The notes beneath the pieces were generated by a model. The model was not told the origin of the DNA. It searched no databases and saw only the letters and a program-made list of their open reading frames with translations. The position numbers and the translations under genes were made by a program. From the NCBI GenBank assembly GCA_016712745.1, contig JADJQN010000001.1:1777494-1841493 (forward strand): a stretch of 64,000 bases of DNA, read 5' to 3'. Within the stretch, counting starts at the first letter, position 1. Each line of letters begins with the position of its first letter. Shown here piece by piece: positions 35,221 to 45,026 of this stretch. The DNA is from Sandaracinaceae bacterium. GTDB lineage: Bacteria; Myxococcota_A; Polyangia; Polyangiales; JADJQN01.

Positions 35221-37179
35221 TCAGCCGTCATCCTCCGCGAGCACCACCAGGCGGTCACCCTTGCTAGCCGTGAAAGGAGTATGGCGATCGATAGGATTGA
35301 GGAGCAGACCAAATCTCTTCGAAGGGTCGTCGATGTAACGCTGCACGCCCATGACGACTTCGCCGCGCGCTTTGGCGGCGAGCACGAGGTACTCGAACGT
35401 GACCTGATTGCCGGGCGGTACGTAGAACGCCAAAGGCTTGAGGTAGATCTCGCTGCCGTCCGATTCGAACAAGTCCTCCAGGACAGCGCGCACCCGCGGC
35501 TCGTATGTGATCTGCGCGAGCACCATCGACACCATCTCGTTGCTGATGACGATGTCGTTGATCTCCGTTGTAGCCGCAAGCTCTCGATTCTTTGGGTCGA
35601 GAATTTCCGAACACACTTCCTGACGCGGCACACCATGGCGACGACGCGCGTCGCGCAAAAGAAGGAGTGCAATGATTGCGCGAGTATCAGCGTCCTCTGC
35701 GCTCTTCGCTTCGACCGAGTCACCAAGAACCATCACCGTAGGATAGCGTTGCGGTTGAATCTGCTCCATCAAGGCGCGGCTCGTGAACTCCCCCACAACG
35801 TGCCGAAGCTGTACGTTCTTTAACTCGCCAACGTTTTCCTTCAGCCGTTTTTCGCGAACATCGCGCGGAAGTGAATTGACCAGCGTAAGCGACGAGCCCT
35901 CCCCTACGTAGTTGTCGTACTCCTGGATAATGGGAAAGAGCTTCTCGTTCCAACCCAGCACCAACATGTGCTCCATCGGTTTGCGCGGCGCCGCTTCGAG
36001 CTTCGGCATCGCATCAAATCGCAGAGGCCCCGCGTAGGGCTGAAACTTGATGTTCGAATCCTCCGCGAGCAGAAGCAGTTCGTCGCCAGGCTGAATGATG
36101 TAGTCCGCCGCCGGATTGAGCTGATGCGACGATCCATCCGCTTTGGCGGTGCCTACGACGAGCGCGTTCGGGAAATCGAGCAGGATGTCCGCGAATCGTC
36201 GGCCCACGACCTGCGGCAGCGCCTTGTAGTGAATCTCGTTGCCCTCGAAGCGCAAGAGCTCGTCGTACACCACGGACAGACCGCCGATGCGCGAAGTCTG
36301 AAGAATGATCTTCGAGATCATCTCGTTGGTGCGTACGACTTGGGCGCGACCGTTGGCGGCGATGGAGGCGATTTCCTGATTCTCGGCGATCATCACCTCG
36401 GCGGTGACGCGCGGGAACTTGGCGCGGTCCCTGCCTTCGGGATGGTTGTAAAGCGCGAGCAGAGTTTTAATGATTCGGCCATCGGCTCGGTTGGGTTCTT
36501 CAACGTCTTTCGCATCGACAAGGACGACGATGGCTCGCGCCTGGGCGAACGAGACGCGCGCGAGGTCATTGAGCGAGACACTGCTCCCGGAACGCACGAC
36601 GATCTTCACTCGGTCTTGGTGGACGACCTTGTCACGAAGCTCCTCTTCCATGGCGGACTTTTCGCCCTCGGCCATAACGACGCAAACTATCTTTTGGGTT
36701 GCGTACGCTTCGGAGATTTGGTCGATCACAGAGAAGATCTTTTCAGACCAACCGAGGATGAGAAAGTGATCCTCCTCCATCACGGGGGCGCCGCCACGCT
36801 TGATGGCATCGAGGCGTTCTTGAAAGTTGCCTGCGAGTGAAGAAATGAGAAGTCCGGCAACGACAACGCCCAGCACCGTGGCGCTTGTCGACACCAGACG
36901 GTTTACGTTCCCCCCATCGCCACCCATCGTGCCTGCGTCGATGAGTCGCGTGAAATACCACCAAGCTCGATCGAGTATGTTGCCGTCAGCGATGCCCAGG
37001 CCCGGCGCAACGGCCGACGTGATCATCGACAGAAGTGTGAATCCAATAACGAGCACACACGTTAAAGCGAAAAGAAAGGCGAGCTGCTTGCCTGCGCCCC
37101 CACCGAGGAACTCGTCCGCCCGATACCGAAACCTGGCCTTCCAGCCGCGCTCGACGCTCATGTGCGATGTCCGTATCAC
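35221..37179 (-). CDS. CASTOR/POLLUX-related putative ion channel with RCK-like domains
   Basis: N-terminal TM helices, then WWYFTRLIDAGTMGGDGGN (family-typical DAGTMGGD). FLILGWSEKIF and a second VLGWNEKLF RCK/TrkA-N-like repeat follow. 652 aa. Confidence 0.65.
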   Translation of the reverse strand: MIRTSHMSVERGWKARFRYRADEFLGGGAGKQLAFLFALTCVLVIGFTLLSMITSAVAPGLGIADGNILDRAWWYFTRLIDAGTMGGDGGNVNRLVSTSATVLGVVVAGLLISSLAGNFQERLDAIKRGGAPVMEEDHFLILGWSEKIFSVIDQISEAYATQKIVCVVMAEGEKSAMEEELRDKVVHQDRVKIVVRSGSSVSLNDLARVSFAQARAIVVLVDAKDVEEPNRADGRIIKTLLALYNHPEGRDRAKFPRVTAEVMIAENQEIASIAANGRAQVVRTNEMISKIILQTSRIGGLSVVYDELLRFEGNEIHYKALPQVVGRRFADILLDFPNALVVGTAKADGSSHQLNPAADYIIQPGDELLLLAEDSNIKFQPYAGPLRFDAMPKLEAAPRKPMEHMLVLGWNEKLFPIIQEYDNYVGEGSSLTLVNSLPRDVREKRLKENVGELKNVQLRHVVGEFTSRALMEQIQPQRYPTVMVLGDSVEAKSAEDADTRAIIALLLLRDARRRHGVPRQEVCSEILDPKNRELAATTEINDIVISNEMVSMVLAQITYEPRVRAVLEDLFESDGSEIYLKPLAFYVPPGNQVTFEYLVLAAKARGEVVMGVQRYIDDPSKRFGLLLNPIDRHTPFTASKGDRLVVLAEDDG

Positions 37180-37328
37180 GAGCGACTTCGCGTCGTCTAC
37201 GCCCGTGCACCGGTGCTTCGAGTCTGGTCCGGAATGTGAAATTCCCGCGACAAGATCCTAGCTGCTCAACACTCGGTTGACGGAATTGGAGACGGCTGCG
37301 CTACACTCGGGCTTCTTTTTAGGGGCAC

Positions 37329-37856
37329 ATGCACAGCGTAAAGATTCACCGTGATATTTTGTGGGCGAACGCCGAGGGCGAGTGCGTTGTTCGGCCGTCC
37401 ACGGATTCCGAGCATGCCGAGAACGCCCCACCTCCCAGGTCGGATTTCGCCGTTGCCTGGCAGCTTGCGCAAGTCCAAGTGGACGATGCGGCGTTCTTAG
37501 TTGCGTTCTCGATGTCGCCGCTCGGGGCGTTCGACACCTCGAGCGCAGCAGTCGCCCACGCGCCAATTGTGGGGCTCGCATCCACGGAGAAGAAGGGGCT
37601 GCTCTTCGTCGCGCGCGACGGCGATGGGTTCGTTGAGGCGCAGCTAGTCGGCGATGGCGCGAGCGCCCGCGCCGCGGCCGCACTCGCGGCGATTCGCTAC
37701 GCGTGGAGCTGGGATGAATCCGAGCACTTTGCTGTCTCGGTGGGTGCCGAGCATTTCACCGTCACGCTCAGTTACGATCACAAAGCAGAAGCCTACTTGG
37801 TCGACGCCGCGTCAACGACATCTCCGCAGAACTACGTGCATCGCGATCATAAGTGA
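37329..37856 (+). CDS. hypothetical protein translationally coupled to a metzincin
   Basis: 175-aa ORF. Its stop overlaps the next start (GTGA at 37853-37856). Confidence 0.45.
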   Translation: MHSVKIHRDILWANAEGECVVRPSTDSEHAENAPPPRSDFAVAWQLAQVQVDDAAFLVAFSMSPLGAFDTSSAAVAHAPIVGLASTEKKGLLFVARDGDGFVEAQLVGDGASARAAAALAAIRYAWSWDESEHFAVSVGAEHFTVTLSYDHKAEAYLVDAASTTSPQNYVHRDHK

Positions 37857-38491
37857 GCACTACTCGCGTGGCCCGGCGATTGCTTGCGTGCGGCGCGGTT
37901 CTTTGCGTCGCGCTCGCTGGTCTCTTGACCCTGCCGCGCTCGTTTGCACGTTCGCAAACCCGGTATCCGGCGTTTCCGATTTCAGTCGCCGTAGCAGAAG
38001 ACAGACTCGGACAACCCGTTGTCCCTGCGGCATGGGTCACGGAACGCGTGTCTCGCGCCAATGAGATTTTCGCGGACGCAGGGGCGTTCTTCGAAATTCG
38101 GGAAACGCGTTCGCTCGATCCGAGATTCTTCGCGCTTGGAAATCGCGCGGATCGCAACGCTCTTGCGGCAAGCCTGCATCCAGGTCTTATCAATGTTTTC
38201 GTAGTCGCATCGCTCGCCGACGTCGACGCAACGGGATTCCGGATGGGAGTCCATTGGCGGCCGCCGCGCGCAGCCGGCGCTCATTTTGTCATCCTTGCGC
38301 AAAGCGCCATGCCCACAACGCTTGCGCATGAGCTCGGCCATTTCTTTGGCAACCCGCACAGCCCAACGCCCAACAACATCATGAGCTATGCGCGCGACGG
38401 ACTAACGCCCCCGGTCTTTGACGCAATCCAGCTTCGACGCATTGGCGACCACGCGGCCCGGTTCCGGCGCTCGCGGGAGATCAGCCTCTAG
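37853..38491 (+). CDS. secreted zinc metalloprotease (metzincin, HExxHxxGxxH)
   Basis: Signal peptide, HELGHFFGNPH zinc motif, and NNIMSY Met-turn. Confidence 0.7.
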   Translation: MSTTRVARRLLACGAVLCVALAGLLTLPRSFARSQTRYPAFPISVAVAEDRLGQPVVPAAWVTERVSRANEIFADAGAFFEIRETRSLDPRFFALGNRADRNALAASLHPGLINVFVVASLADVDATGFRMGVHWRPPRAAGAHFVILAQSAMPTTLAHELGHFFGNPHSPTPNNIMSYARDGLTPPVFDAIQLRRIGDHAARFRRSREISL

Positions 38492-38633
38492 AAACCCGCG
38501 ACCGGCGTGCCTCGATTTTTGTGCCATGTTGCGCCGCGCCTCACACGCCGCCCCATGGTCGGTTGGTCGCACCCGCAATTCAGTGCACATTTTGTTTGGC
38601 GCGTTTCATGCTTTGTCTTGCTTTGGAGGTTTC

Positions 38634-39473
38634 ATGCTTAAGCACTCAACTCTCGTCGTGGCAGTCGCCCTGTTCTCCGCGTGCTCAAGCTCGCACCCAA
38701 ACGATGGACCGACCGATGGAGGCTCAAACCAGGACGCGCACGTAACCGGCGACGCCGGCTCCCATGACGACGGAGGTGCGGACGCCGGTTCCGACGGAGG
38801 CGTGTGCGGGCTCGCGTCAGCGAGCATTCAGGTTGTAGCTCAGCCAGGTCCAACATCGGTATGGACGGTGGAGGAGTGCAGTGCGTCACCAAGCAGCCCC
38901 GATCCAATGGGCTCGACTGTTCGAAGCTCAGTGGCGGTGCCCGGAGCAAACGGAATCCGCATCACGATCGATCGCTGCCCCGGAGCCGACGAAGACTGCA
39001 CCTGCGAGTACACGGTTCACAACGTGGGCGTGGATATCGAGTTCTCGGGCATCGGCGAGACGCTGAGCCTCGCGCTAGCGCCGAACGCGATCTCGCTTTC
39101 GCGAACCGATGTATGCGAATGCCTCGGATGTCCCTGCTCGATCGCCCCAGTCTTCTTCGCTGCCGATTCCACGATCAACGAGATCCCAGTCGCGCACGAG
39201 AGCCTCGACTTCTCGGTTGCGCCTGCCTCGTGCATGAGCCCCCCGGATGCTTCGGGCAACTTTGCGGTGCGCCAGCCGATTAGGCTCACCCTGGGCGGCG
39301 TGTCGACGCAGACGCTCGTTGCCGACGAAGGCGAAACCGAGGCCGACGACGCGGGCCAAACCCTGCGCGTGATTCGCTCCAATGAAATCGAGTGCCCCGC
39401 GTGTGGAGGCTTCGCGGCGTCAGCGCGCGCCTGGGTGTTTTGGAAAGAGCGCGGTGACGTAGCGACGTTTTAA
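38634..39473 (+). CDS. hypothetical lipoprotein
   Basis: Start at ATG 38634 (MLKHSTLVVAVALFSAC lipobox), Asp/Gly-rich linker, Cys-containing domain. Confidence 0.5.
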   Translation: MLKHSTLVVAVALFSACSSSHPNDGPTDGGSNQDAHVTGDAGSHDDGGADAGSDGGVCGLASASIQVVAQPGPTSVWTVEECSASPSSPDPMGSTVRSSVAVPGANGIRITIDRCPGADEDCTCEYTVHNVGVDIEFSGIGETLSLALAPNAISLSRTDVCECLGCPCSIAPVFFAADSTINEIPVAHESLDFSVAPASCMSPPDASGNFAVRQPIRLTLGGVSTQTLVADEGETEADDAGQTLRVIRSNEIECPACGGFAASARAWVFWKERGDVATF

Positions 39474-39500
39474 GCGTCGAGAAGCTTTGCTGTGCCGGCG

Positions 39501-39614
39501 TCAGTCTGTACTCGCATCTTCCGCCGGGATTCCGGCATCAGATGGCGGCTCGTAGCCGGTGCGGCACGCGCTCAAGCACAGCACCAAAACCACCGCGGCG
39601 ATCCGAATAAACAT
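39501..39614 (-). CDS. candidate 37-aa lipoprotein (below ORF-track length cut-off)
   Basis: Hand translation gives MFIRIAAVVLVLCLSACRTGYEPPSDAGIPAEDASTD*. GGAGG lies 3 nt before the ATG. Lipobox LSAC. Located 73 nt after the preceding operon gene. Confidence 0.35.
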   Translation of the reverse strand: MFIRIAAVVLVLCLSACRTGYEPPSDAGIPAEDASTD

Positions 39615-39687
39615 GGCCCTCCAGAGTGCGAACGAAACGACGGTCGTTCGCAATCCTGAAGGGCCAGTTTGCTCTAGCTACGTGCGC

Positions 39688-41169
39688 TCAGTTCTCGGGA
39701 TAAGCGGTCCAACCGCTCGTCCAGTCGCTTCCGCCCGGCGCGATCGCGCCACGGTAAGTCGCCGTAGCATCAAAGAATGTGCTGGGCGGCGTTGCTGCGC
39801 TTGAGCCAGCGGCGGAGGCTGCAGCCGGGGCGAAGTTCGGCGCTGCGATGTTGTAGGGCGCTCCCAACATTGGGTCGGTGCCGAACGTGTTCATACGGGT
39901 GGAGCTCATGAAAAATGCGCTTTCGTCGAAGCTTGCATCGTTGTCGGCATCGCCCTCTTCAGTCGCGAAGTAGGTCATGCCGTCCGCGCCAACCTGGAAG
40001 AACATGGCGTTCGTCACGTCGAGCGCACCGCTCGCCGTTTGCGCGACCGAGGAAGCATCGCGTACATCCACGGAGGTACGGGGGAAGCCCATCATGATCA
40101 CGTTGTGCAAAAGGCCGGCTGTGCCGCGACGGAAGTCCGCCGCGAACTGCGCTTCTGCTGAGTTGTTCGTTCCAACGAGCGTCACGTTCCAAAGTGTCGG
40201 TGCCGAGCGCGGCGTAAGGTCGTTGTTTGAGCGGTTGTTGTCCGCTTCAATGCCAGTTTCCGAGCCGCTGTGCTGCTGCGCGATAATGAACTGTCCGCGG
40301 CCGGTCCAGCCTTGATCCCAATCGAGGCAATCGTCGAGAGCGCCAGTGATGACGATGTGCTTGATGTCGACCGTGCCGCCGAAGATCTCAACGCCGTCGT
40401 CATCGCCGCGATGGACTTGTACGTAATCGATGATTGTGTCGGAGCCGCATCCAGCCAAGGTCAAACCGTTGAGCTCGTTGTCGACCGCGATCGCGTAACC
40501 CGCGAACTCGATGCGTGCGTAGCGGAGAGTGCCGCAGCTCGAGGTGGCATCCGAGCCGCCGTATTGACCGCGCATGTCGGAGGCGTCGATACCTTCGACC
40601 TGACCGCGGACGGGCGCACCTTCGGACTGCAAGTTGATCGGCGCGTTGCCGAGCATGACAAGTCCACCCCAGTCGCCATGGCTGCGCTCACCGGCCGATT
40701 TGGAGCTGGTGAAGAGAATGGGACGAGACGCAGTTCCATCGGCCACCAAGCGCGAGCCTGGCGTCATGATCAACGCTGAAAGATCGTTGCCTTGCACGAT
40801 GGTGCCCGGCTCGATGGTGATCACAGCCGGGCTGCGAACGAAGATGAGGTCATTGAGCACGTAGAGGTTGTTGCAAGTCCACGTTGCGCTCTCGGTGATC
40901 TCTGCGCTGATCGTGACGACAGTGCGTGCCGAAAGAGCCGGACACTCGGGGCCTGCGTCAGTGCCAGGACCGCTGTCGATCGACATGCCGCCGTCGGTCG
41001 CGATGCCCAAATCAACGCCCAAATCTGTGCCTGGACCCGAGTCGATGTTGCCCGTTCCGGAGTCTCCGCCGCCGTCGATGCCCGGCATTACGTCTTCCGA
41101 GTCCGAGCAGCCCGAAGCGGCCACCACGAGCGCCAAGAATAGTCCTAGTTGCTTTCGTCCCATGTTCAA
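39688..41169 (-). CDS. lipoprotein encoded directly downstream of the TonB-dependent receptor (beta-helix-like repeats suspected)
   Basis: Lipobox VAASGC and an Asp/Gly-rich linker. Blocks HGDWGGLVMLG and DDGVEIFGGTVDIKHIVITGALDDCLDWDQGW. Starts 6 nt after the receptor stop. Confidence 0.5.
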   Translation of the reverse strand: MNMGRKQLGLFLALVVAASGCSDSEDVMPGIDGGGDSGTGNIDSGPGTDLGVDLGIATDGGMSIDSGPGTDAGPECPALSARTVVTISAEITESATWTCNNLYVLNDLIFVRSPAVITIEPGTIVQGNDLSALIMTPGSRLVADGTASRPILFTSSKSAGERSHGDWGGLVMLGNAPINLQSEGAPVRGQVEGIDASDMRGQYGGSDATSSCGTLRYARIEFAGYAIAVDNELNGLTLAGCGSDTIIDYVQVHRGDDDGVEIFGGTVDIKHIVITGALDDCLDWDQGWTGRGQFIIAQQHSGSETGIEADNNRSNNDLTPRSAPTLWNVTLVGTNNSAEAQFAADFRRGTAGLLHNVIMMGFPRTSVDVRDASSVAQTASGALDVTNAMFFQVGADGMTYFATEEGDADNDASFDESAFFMSSTRMNTFGTDPMLGAPYNIAAPNFAPAAASAAGSSAATPPSTFFDATATYRGAIAPGGSDWTSGWTAYPEN

Positions 41170-41175
41170 TCTCCC

Positions 41176-44112
41176 TTAGTCAGTCCATCCAAGCTTGATC
41201 GCGAACGTCGTGCCTGGATTGAATTCGCGAATCGCAACATCGCCCTGCTCAACTCCCACCGTTTGGAAGAGGAGATTCTTCGCCGTAACTCGAAGCGTGA
41301 AATGCTCCGTGAGTCGGTAACTCATGACGAGATCAAGTTGATGAAACGGTCTTTCATACACGTCTGGCAGACCCAAGCTTCCAACGTCTTGGATGCGAGG
41401 TCCGAAGACGTTGTAGTAGAGGAACGTTGAGAACGGTGAGTCATGTGGGGAAAGTCCAAGTGACAGATTCGCAACCCAGGGTGACTGACCGGCGAGCGCT
41501 CGATCGGAGTTCGTTGCTACAGCGCGTTGTTCGGGTGAGAGCGAAACGCGCGAGTATACGAACGTAAAATTCGTCCCAAACGTGAACGCATCAAGTGCCC
41601 TCGTGATACGGCCAAGTGACAATCGTGCTTCGAGCTCGGCGCCGTAGTTCGTGGCGCCATCAACGTTTTGAAACGTAATATTGCCGTTGTCGTCGAGGAT
41701 GGTCTGCTCGATCGGGTGACGAAAGTTCTTGTAGAAGAGCGACGCCGAAACGACCTCGTTCTCCGACGGGAAGAGCTCCCAACGCACGTCCGCATTGTGG
41801 ATGAAGGTGCGAGAGAGATCAGGGTTGCCCTGCACAGTGCGGCGACGGACGAAGTCGGCAAACACGAAGGGCGCGAGCTCGCGCGCCTGGGGCCGAGCTA
41901 CGGTGGCGCCGTAGGATGCACGAATCGCCATGGTTTCACTCAGGCGAAAAATCGCATTCGCCGCCGGCAGTACGTCGACGTCGTCACGATCCGATCCGCG
42001 CGGCATAGGCCCCGTCATCGATGCAAACGGCGACGAGGAGGAGAGCGATTGGTGCGCGGCTTCGACGCGCGCTCCGAGCACGACCCGGACTGGATCGGCG
42101 AGGTGCAAGTCGGTCATCGCGTATCCGGCAATCAACTCTTGATTCGAGACGTAGCCGTCGGAGGCAAGGGTGCGCTCCAAGAAGCGCGTTGTGCTTCCCA
42201 CTCGATCCGGGCTGAATAGTTCTTCCGGTCCAAGATAGCGATCGAGCGAGTTCGATCCACGAAAGTCGTAGGCGAAGCGACGCGATTCGAAAGCGCGATC
42301 AGTGGCCCGCGCGTACGTGCCGGCGCGGATATCGCTCGCTCCGATTGGAAACGTGAGGTCGAGGCGTCCTCCAACATCGCGCCCCAGCAAGCTGCCGTAG
42401 AAGCGTTCGCCGCTACCGGGACCGCTTTTCCACTGAAGTCCGAGCGGGCCTTGTGTGTAGAGGACGTCGCGTGTGTCTGGTTCATCGCGAAATGCGAGTG
42501 AGCCATAGACCTGCCATCGCAGGCGCATATCGAGCGGCATATTGCCGTGGTGATCGCCAAGCAACTGGGCGAACACGAGTGAGCGCTCCACAAACTGCAG
42601 GCGGCGCGCGGAGACGTTGAGGCCTTCGGACTCGCTCAATCCCGTAAGCAAGCCCGTGTAATCGGTGGAGTTGCGGCTATACATCGCGACGAGCGAAATC
42701 TCGTGATCGTGCGCCGGCTCATATGTCAGCGTGCCCAGCGCTCCCCACAGAACGTTCTGACGCGCGCCCTCCTGCTGCATTGACTCGGCAACTTCCAGCT
42801 GCGCACCGGACACGCGCAGGCGGCGCAGCGTTTCAATCTGAGTTCGCGTGGTGGCTTGATAGCCAAAGCTGACCAAATAGCCCAAGCGGTGCCCGCCAAC
42901 GTCCAACGTATCGCCGATACTCGCGTTCAGAGTAAGGTCAGGAAGTGCTGTCGAGCGTGTAACGTTCCAATGGTTTGGAAACTGGCGCGCGATCGCGTTG
43001 ACTTGGTCGCTCGTCAAGCCACGACCGGCGTCGACACGCACGTCCGGCACGCCCGACGGCATCGCGCGTGTGCCATCATCGATGCCAAGCCAGTCGAGGC
43101 TTCCGCCTTCGTAGCCGAGGGTGCTGCGGAACGTGCTTTGCGTATTGAACGCAGTGCCGATGCTCGTCGTAGCCGTGAAACGCTCCGGATAGCTGCGCGT
43201 GTCGAGCAACATGAGACCGCCGGCAAAGTCACCCGGCAACTCGGGCGAGAAGGTCTTCACGATCGTGAGGCTGTCGAGCAGCGCAGCCGGAAAGATATCA
43301 AGCTGAACTCCCGCAAGATCCGGGTCGGTGCTCGGTAATGGTGAACCGTTGAGAAGAACATTCGTGTAGCGCCCGCCGAGACCTCGAACGAAAAGATACT
43401 GTCCGTCGACAATGCTGGCGGCGACTACACGTCGCACGGCATCGCTGGCGGTGGCATCGGGCGTGCGCGAAATCTCTTGAGCGCTTACCGCATCTTGCAC
43501 GCTCGTCGCGTTGCGTCGGATCTGCAGTTGCGTTGCAGCTGTCGAACGATCGGCGCGGGCCGTGACCACCACTTCTTGGGTGGATTCACGATCAGGCTCA
43601 AGGGCGATTTCGATGCGCGTTCGCGCCCCGGCGCGTACGGTCAGGTTCTCGACACGGGCCGCTTGATGCAGCTCGTAGAACGAGCGCAGCGTGTAAGTGC
43701 CAGGTGGCAGATCGATCGCGAAGATGCCGTCGATGTCGGTCGTGGCGCGGCGTCCGTTCTGGACGACTGTCACAGTGCCTTCGATAATCGGTTCGTGCGT
43801 CTCGGCGTCGGTGACCACGCCGTCAATGCCAGACGAAACTTCGGCCGGAGCGACCGGCTCGGATTCGGGCACGGACACGTGTTCGGACTCGTGCACGGCC
43901 GCAGGCTCTGGCGCGGACTCGGGTGCCGGCACGGGCTCGGACACCGGCGCCGTTTCGGCAGCGGGCGCGATTCCCGCGTCACTGGCGGGCGGTGCAACTC
44001 CACCGTCTGCGTCCTGCGCGCTCGCGGACGACACGCTCGCGCCCCAGAACAAACACACGCTCGCCACCAGGCAGTGCGCGGCCCGCGCGCTGCTCGTTCG
44101 ATGCTCTGACAT
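41176..44112 (-). CDS. TonB-dependent receptor with N-terminal carboxypeptidase-regulatory-like domain (Oar-like)
   Basis: Signal peptide, Pro/Glu-rich linker, and a CarboxypepD_reg-like segment (GVVTDAETHEPIIEGTVTV..TDIDGIFAIDLPPGTYTL). Plug block (FVRGLGGRYTNVLLNGSPLPSTDP). About 700-aa barrel. Confidence 0.85.
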   Translation of the reverse strand: MSEHRTSSARAAHCLVASVCLFWGASVSSASAQDADGGVAPPASDAGIAPAAETAPVSEPVPAPESAPEPAAVHESEHVSVPESEPVAPAEVSSGIDGVVTDAETHEPIIEGTVTVVQNGRRATTDIDGIFAIDLPPGTYTLRSFYELHQAARVENLTVRAGARTRIEIALEPDRESTQEVVVTARADRSTAATQLQIRRNATSVQDAVSAQEISRTPDATASDAVRRVVAASIVDGQYLFVRGLGGRYTNVLLNGSPLPSTDPDLAGVQLDIFPAALLDSLTIVKTFSPELPGDFAGGLMLLDTRSYPERFTATTSIGTAFNTQSTFRSTLGYEGGSLDWLGIDDGTRAMPSGVPDVRVDAGRGLTSDQVNAIARQFPNHWNVTRSTALPDLTLNASIGDTLDVGGHRLGYLVSFGYQATTRTQIETLRRLRVSGAQLEVAESMQQEGARQNVLWGALGTLTYEPAHDHEISLVAMYSRNSTDYTGLLTGLSESEGLNVSARRLQFVERSLVFAQLLGDHHGNMPLDMRLRWQVYGSLAFRDEPDTRDVLYTQGPLGLQWKSGPGSGERFYGSLLGRDVGGRLDLTFPIGASDIRAGTYARATDRAFESRRFAYDFRGSNSLDRYLGPEELFSPDRVGSTTRFLERTLASDGYVSNQELIAGYAMTDLHLADPVRVVLGARVEAAHQSLSSSSPFASMTGPMPRGSDRDDVDVLPAANAIFRLSETMAIRASYGATVARPQARELAPFVFADFVRRRTVQGNPDLSRTFIHNADVRWELFPSENEVVSASLFYKNFRHPIEQTILDDNGNITFQNVDGATNYGAELEARLSLGRITRALDAFTFGTNFTFVYSRVSLSPEQRAVATNSDRALAGQSPWVANLSLGLSPHDSPFSTFLYYNVFGPRIQDVGSLGLPDVYERPFHQLDLVMSYRLTEHFTLRVTAKNLLFQTVGVEQGDVAIREFNPGTTFAIKLGWTD

Positions 44113-44146
44113 TTGCTAACCCTCACCCGCGCAGCGACTGCGCTCT

Positions 44147-44578
44147 TTACGGAGTCCCGATCCGTTCCGTTGCTACAACAATCGTTGATGCCCCTGCGCC
44201 GCGCGCCGTATCGAGCGCATGCACCGCTTGTTCGAACGGAGCTGTGTCAGCAGCGTCGAAGAACACGGTACGATCTCCACGATTCGTGAGCACGCGCCGC
44301 AGCTCGCTATCGAGCTGGGCCGCGCTTACCACTTGGCGATTGAGATGAATCACGCCGCTGCCGTCCACCGACACGACGACCGGCGGTGGCCCATTGTTTG
44401 GCGCCGGCGCAGAGTGATCGTCGCGCGTCGGCAAGTGCAACCAGAACTGCTTGGTCAAGAGCGGCGTGATGACCATGAAGATAATCAGAAGCACGAGCAC
44501 CACATCGACCAGCGGTGTCACGTTCATCTCCGGTGCTGCGCGCCCTGCGCCATGCAGCTTTGTGCCCATGATTGCCAT
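44147..44578 (-). CDS. exbD: ExbD/TolR family biopolymer transport protein
   Basis: EMNVTPLVDVVLVLLIIFMV signature TM segment. Confidence 0.85.
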   Translation of the reverse strand: MAIMGTKLHGAGRAAPEMNVTPLVDVVLVLLIIFMVITPLLTKQFWLHLPTRDDHSAPAPNNGPPPVVVSVDGSGVIHLNRQVVSAAQLDSELRRVLTNRGDRTVFFDAADTAPFEQAVHALDTARGAGASTIVVATERIGTP

Positions 44579-44590
44579 CGTCGCTTGCTC

Positions 44591-45025
44591 CTAGTTCGAC
44601 GCCGATTGTCCGTGCGCGTTCACCTGCAACGCGACGCCGGGAAATCCGATTCGCTGACAGATTCCGTAAAGAACGCGCATGCGGCCGTACTGCACGTTGC
44701 GATCACCGCGAAGCACGATGCGGCGCAACGGCTCACTCTCGTGAAAAGCGCGCAGGCGCGATTCGAACTCGGCCTCCGGCAGCCGGTCACGCTCGTAGTA
44801 AAGCGACCCGTCGCTCTGCACCGATAGCGTGACGGGATCGGTGCGGCCTCGCTGCTCTTCGTCGATGTTCAGGACCGCCGGCAAATCGACTTGTGCGCCC
44901 TTCTGCAATTTCGGCACGACCACCATGAAGATGATCAGAAGCACGAGCACGACGTCGACGAGCGGCGTCACGTTCATGGCGGGCGTCGCGCGCTTGCTTC
45001 CGGACTGTGTCGAGGACATTCCCAT
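44591..45025 (-). CDS. exbD: ExbD/TolR family biopolymer transport protein
   Basis: AMNVTPLVDVVLVLLIIFMV signature TM segment. Confidence 0.85.
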   Translation of the reverse strand: MGMSSTQSGSKRATPAMNVTPLVDVVLVLLIIFMVVVPKLQKGAQVDLPAVLNIDEEQRGRTDPVTLSVQSDGSLYYERDRLPEAEFESRLRAFHESEPLRRIVLRGDRNVQYGRMRVLYGICQRIGFPGVALQVNAHGQSASN

Positions 45026-45026
45026 C

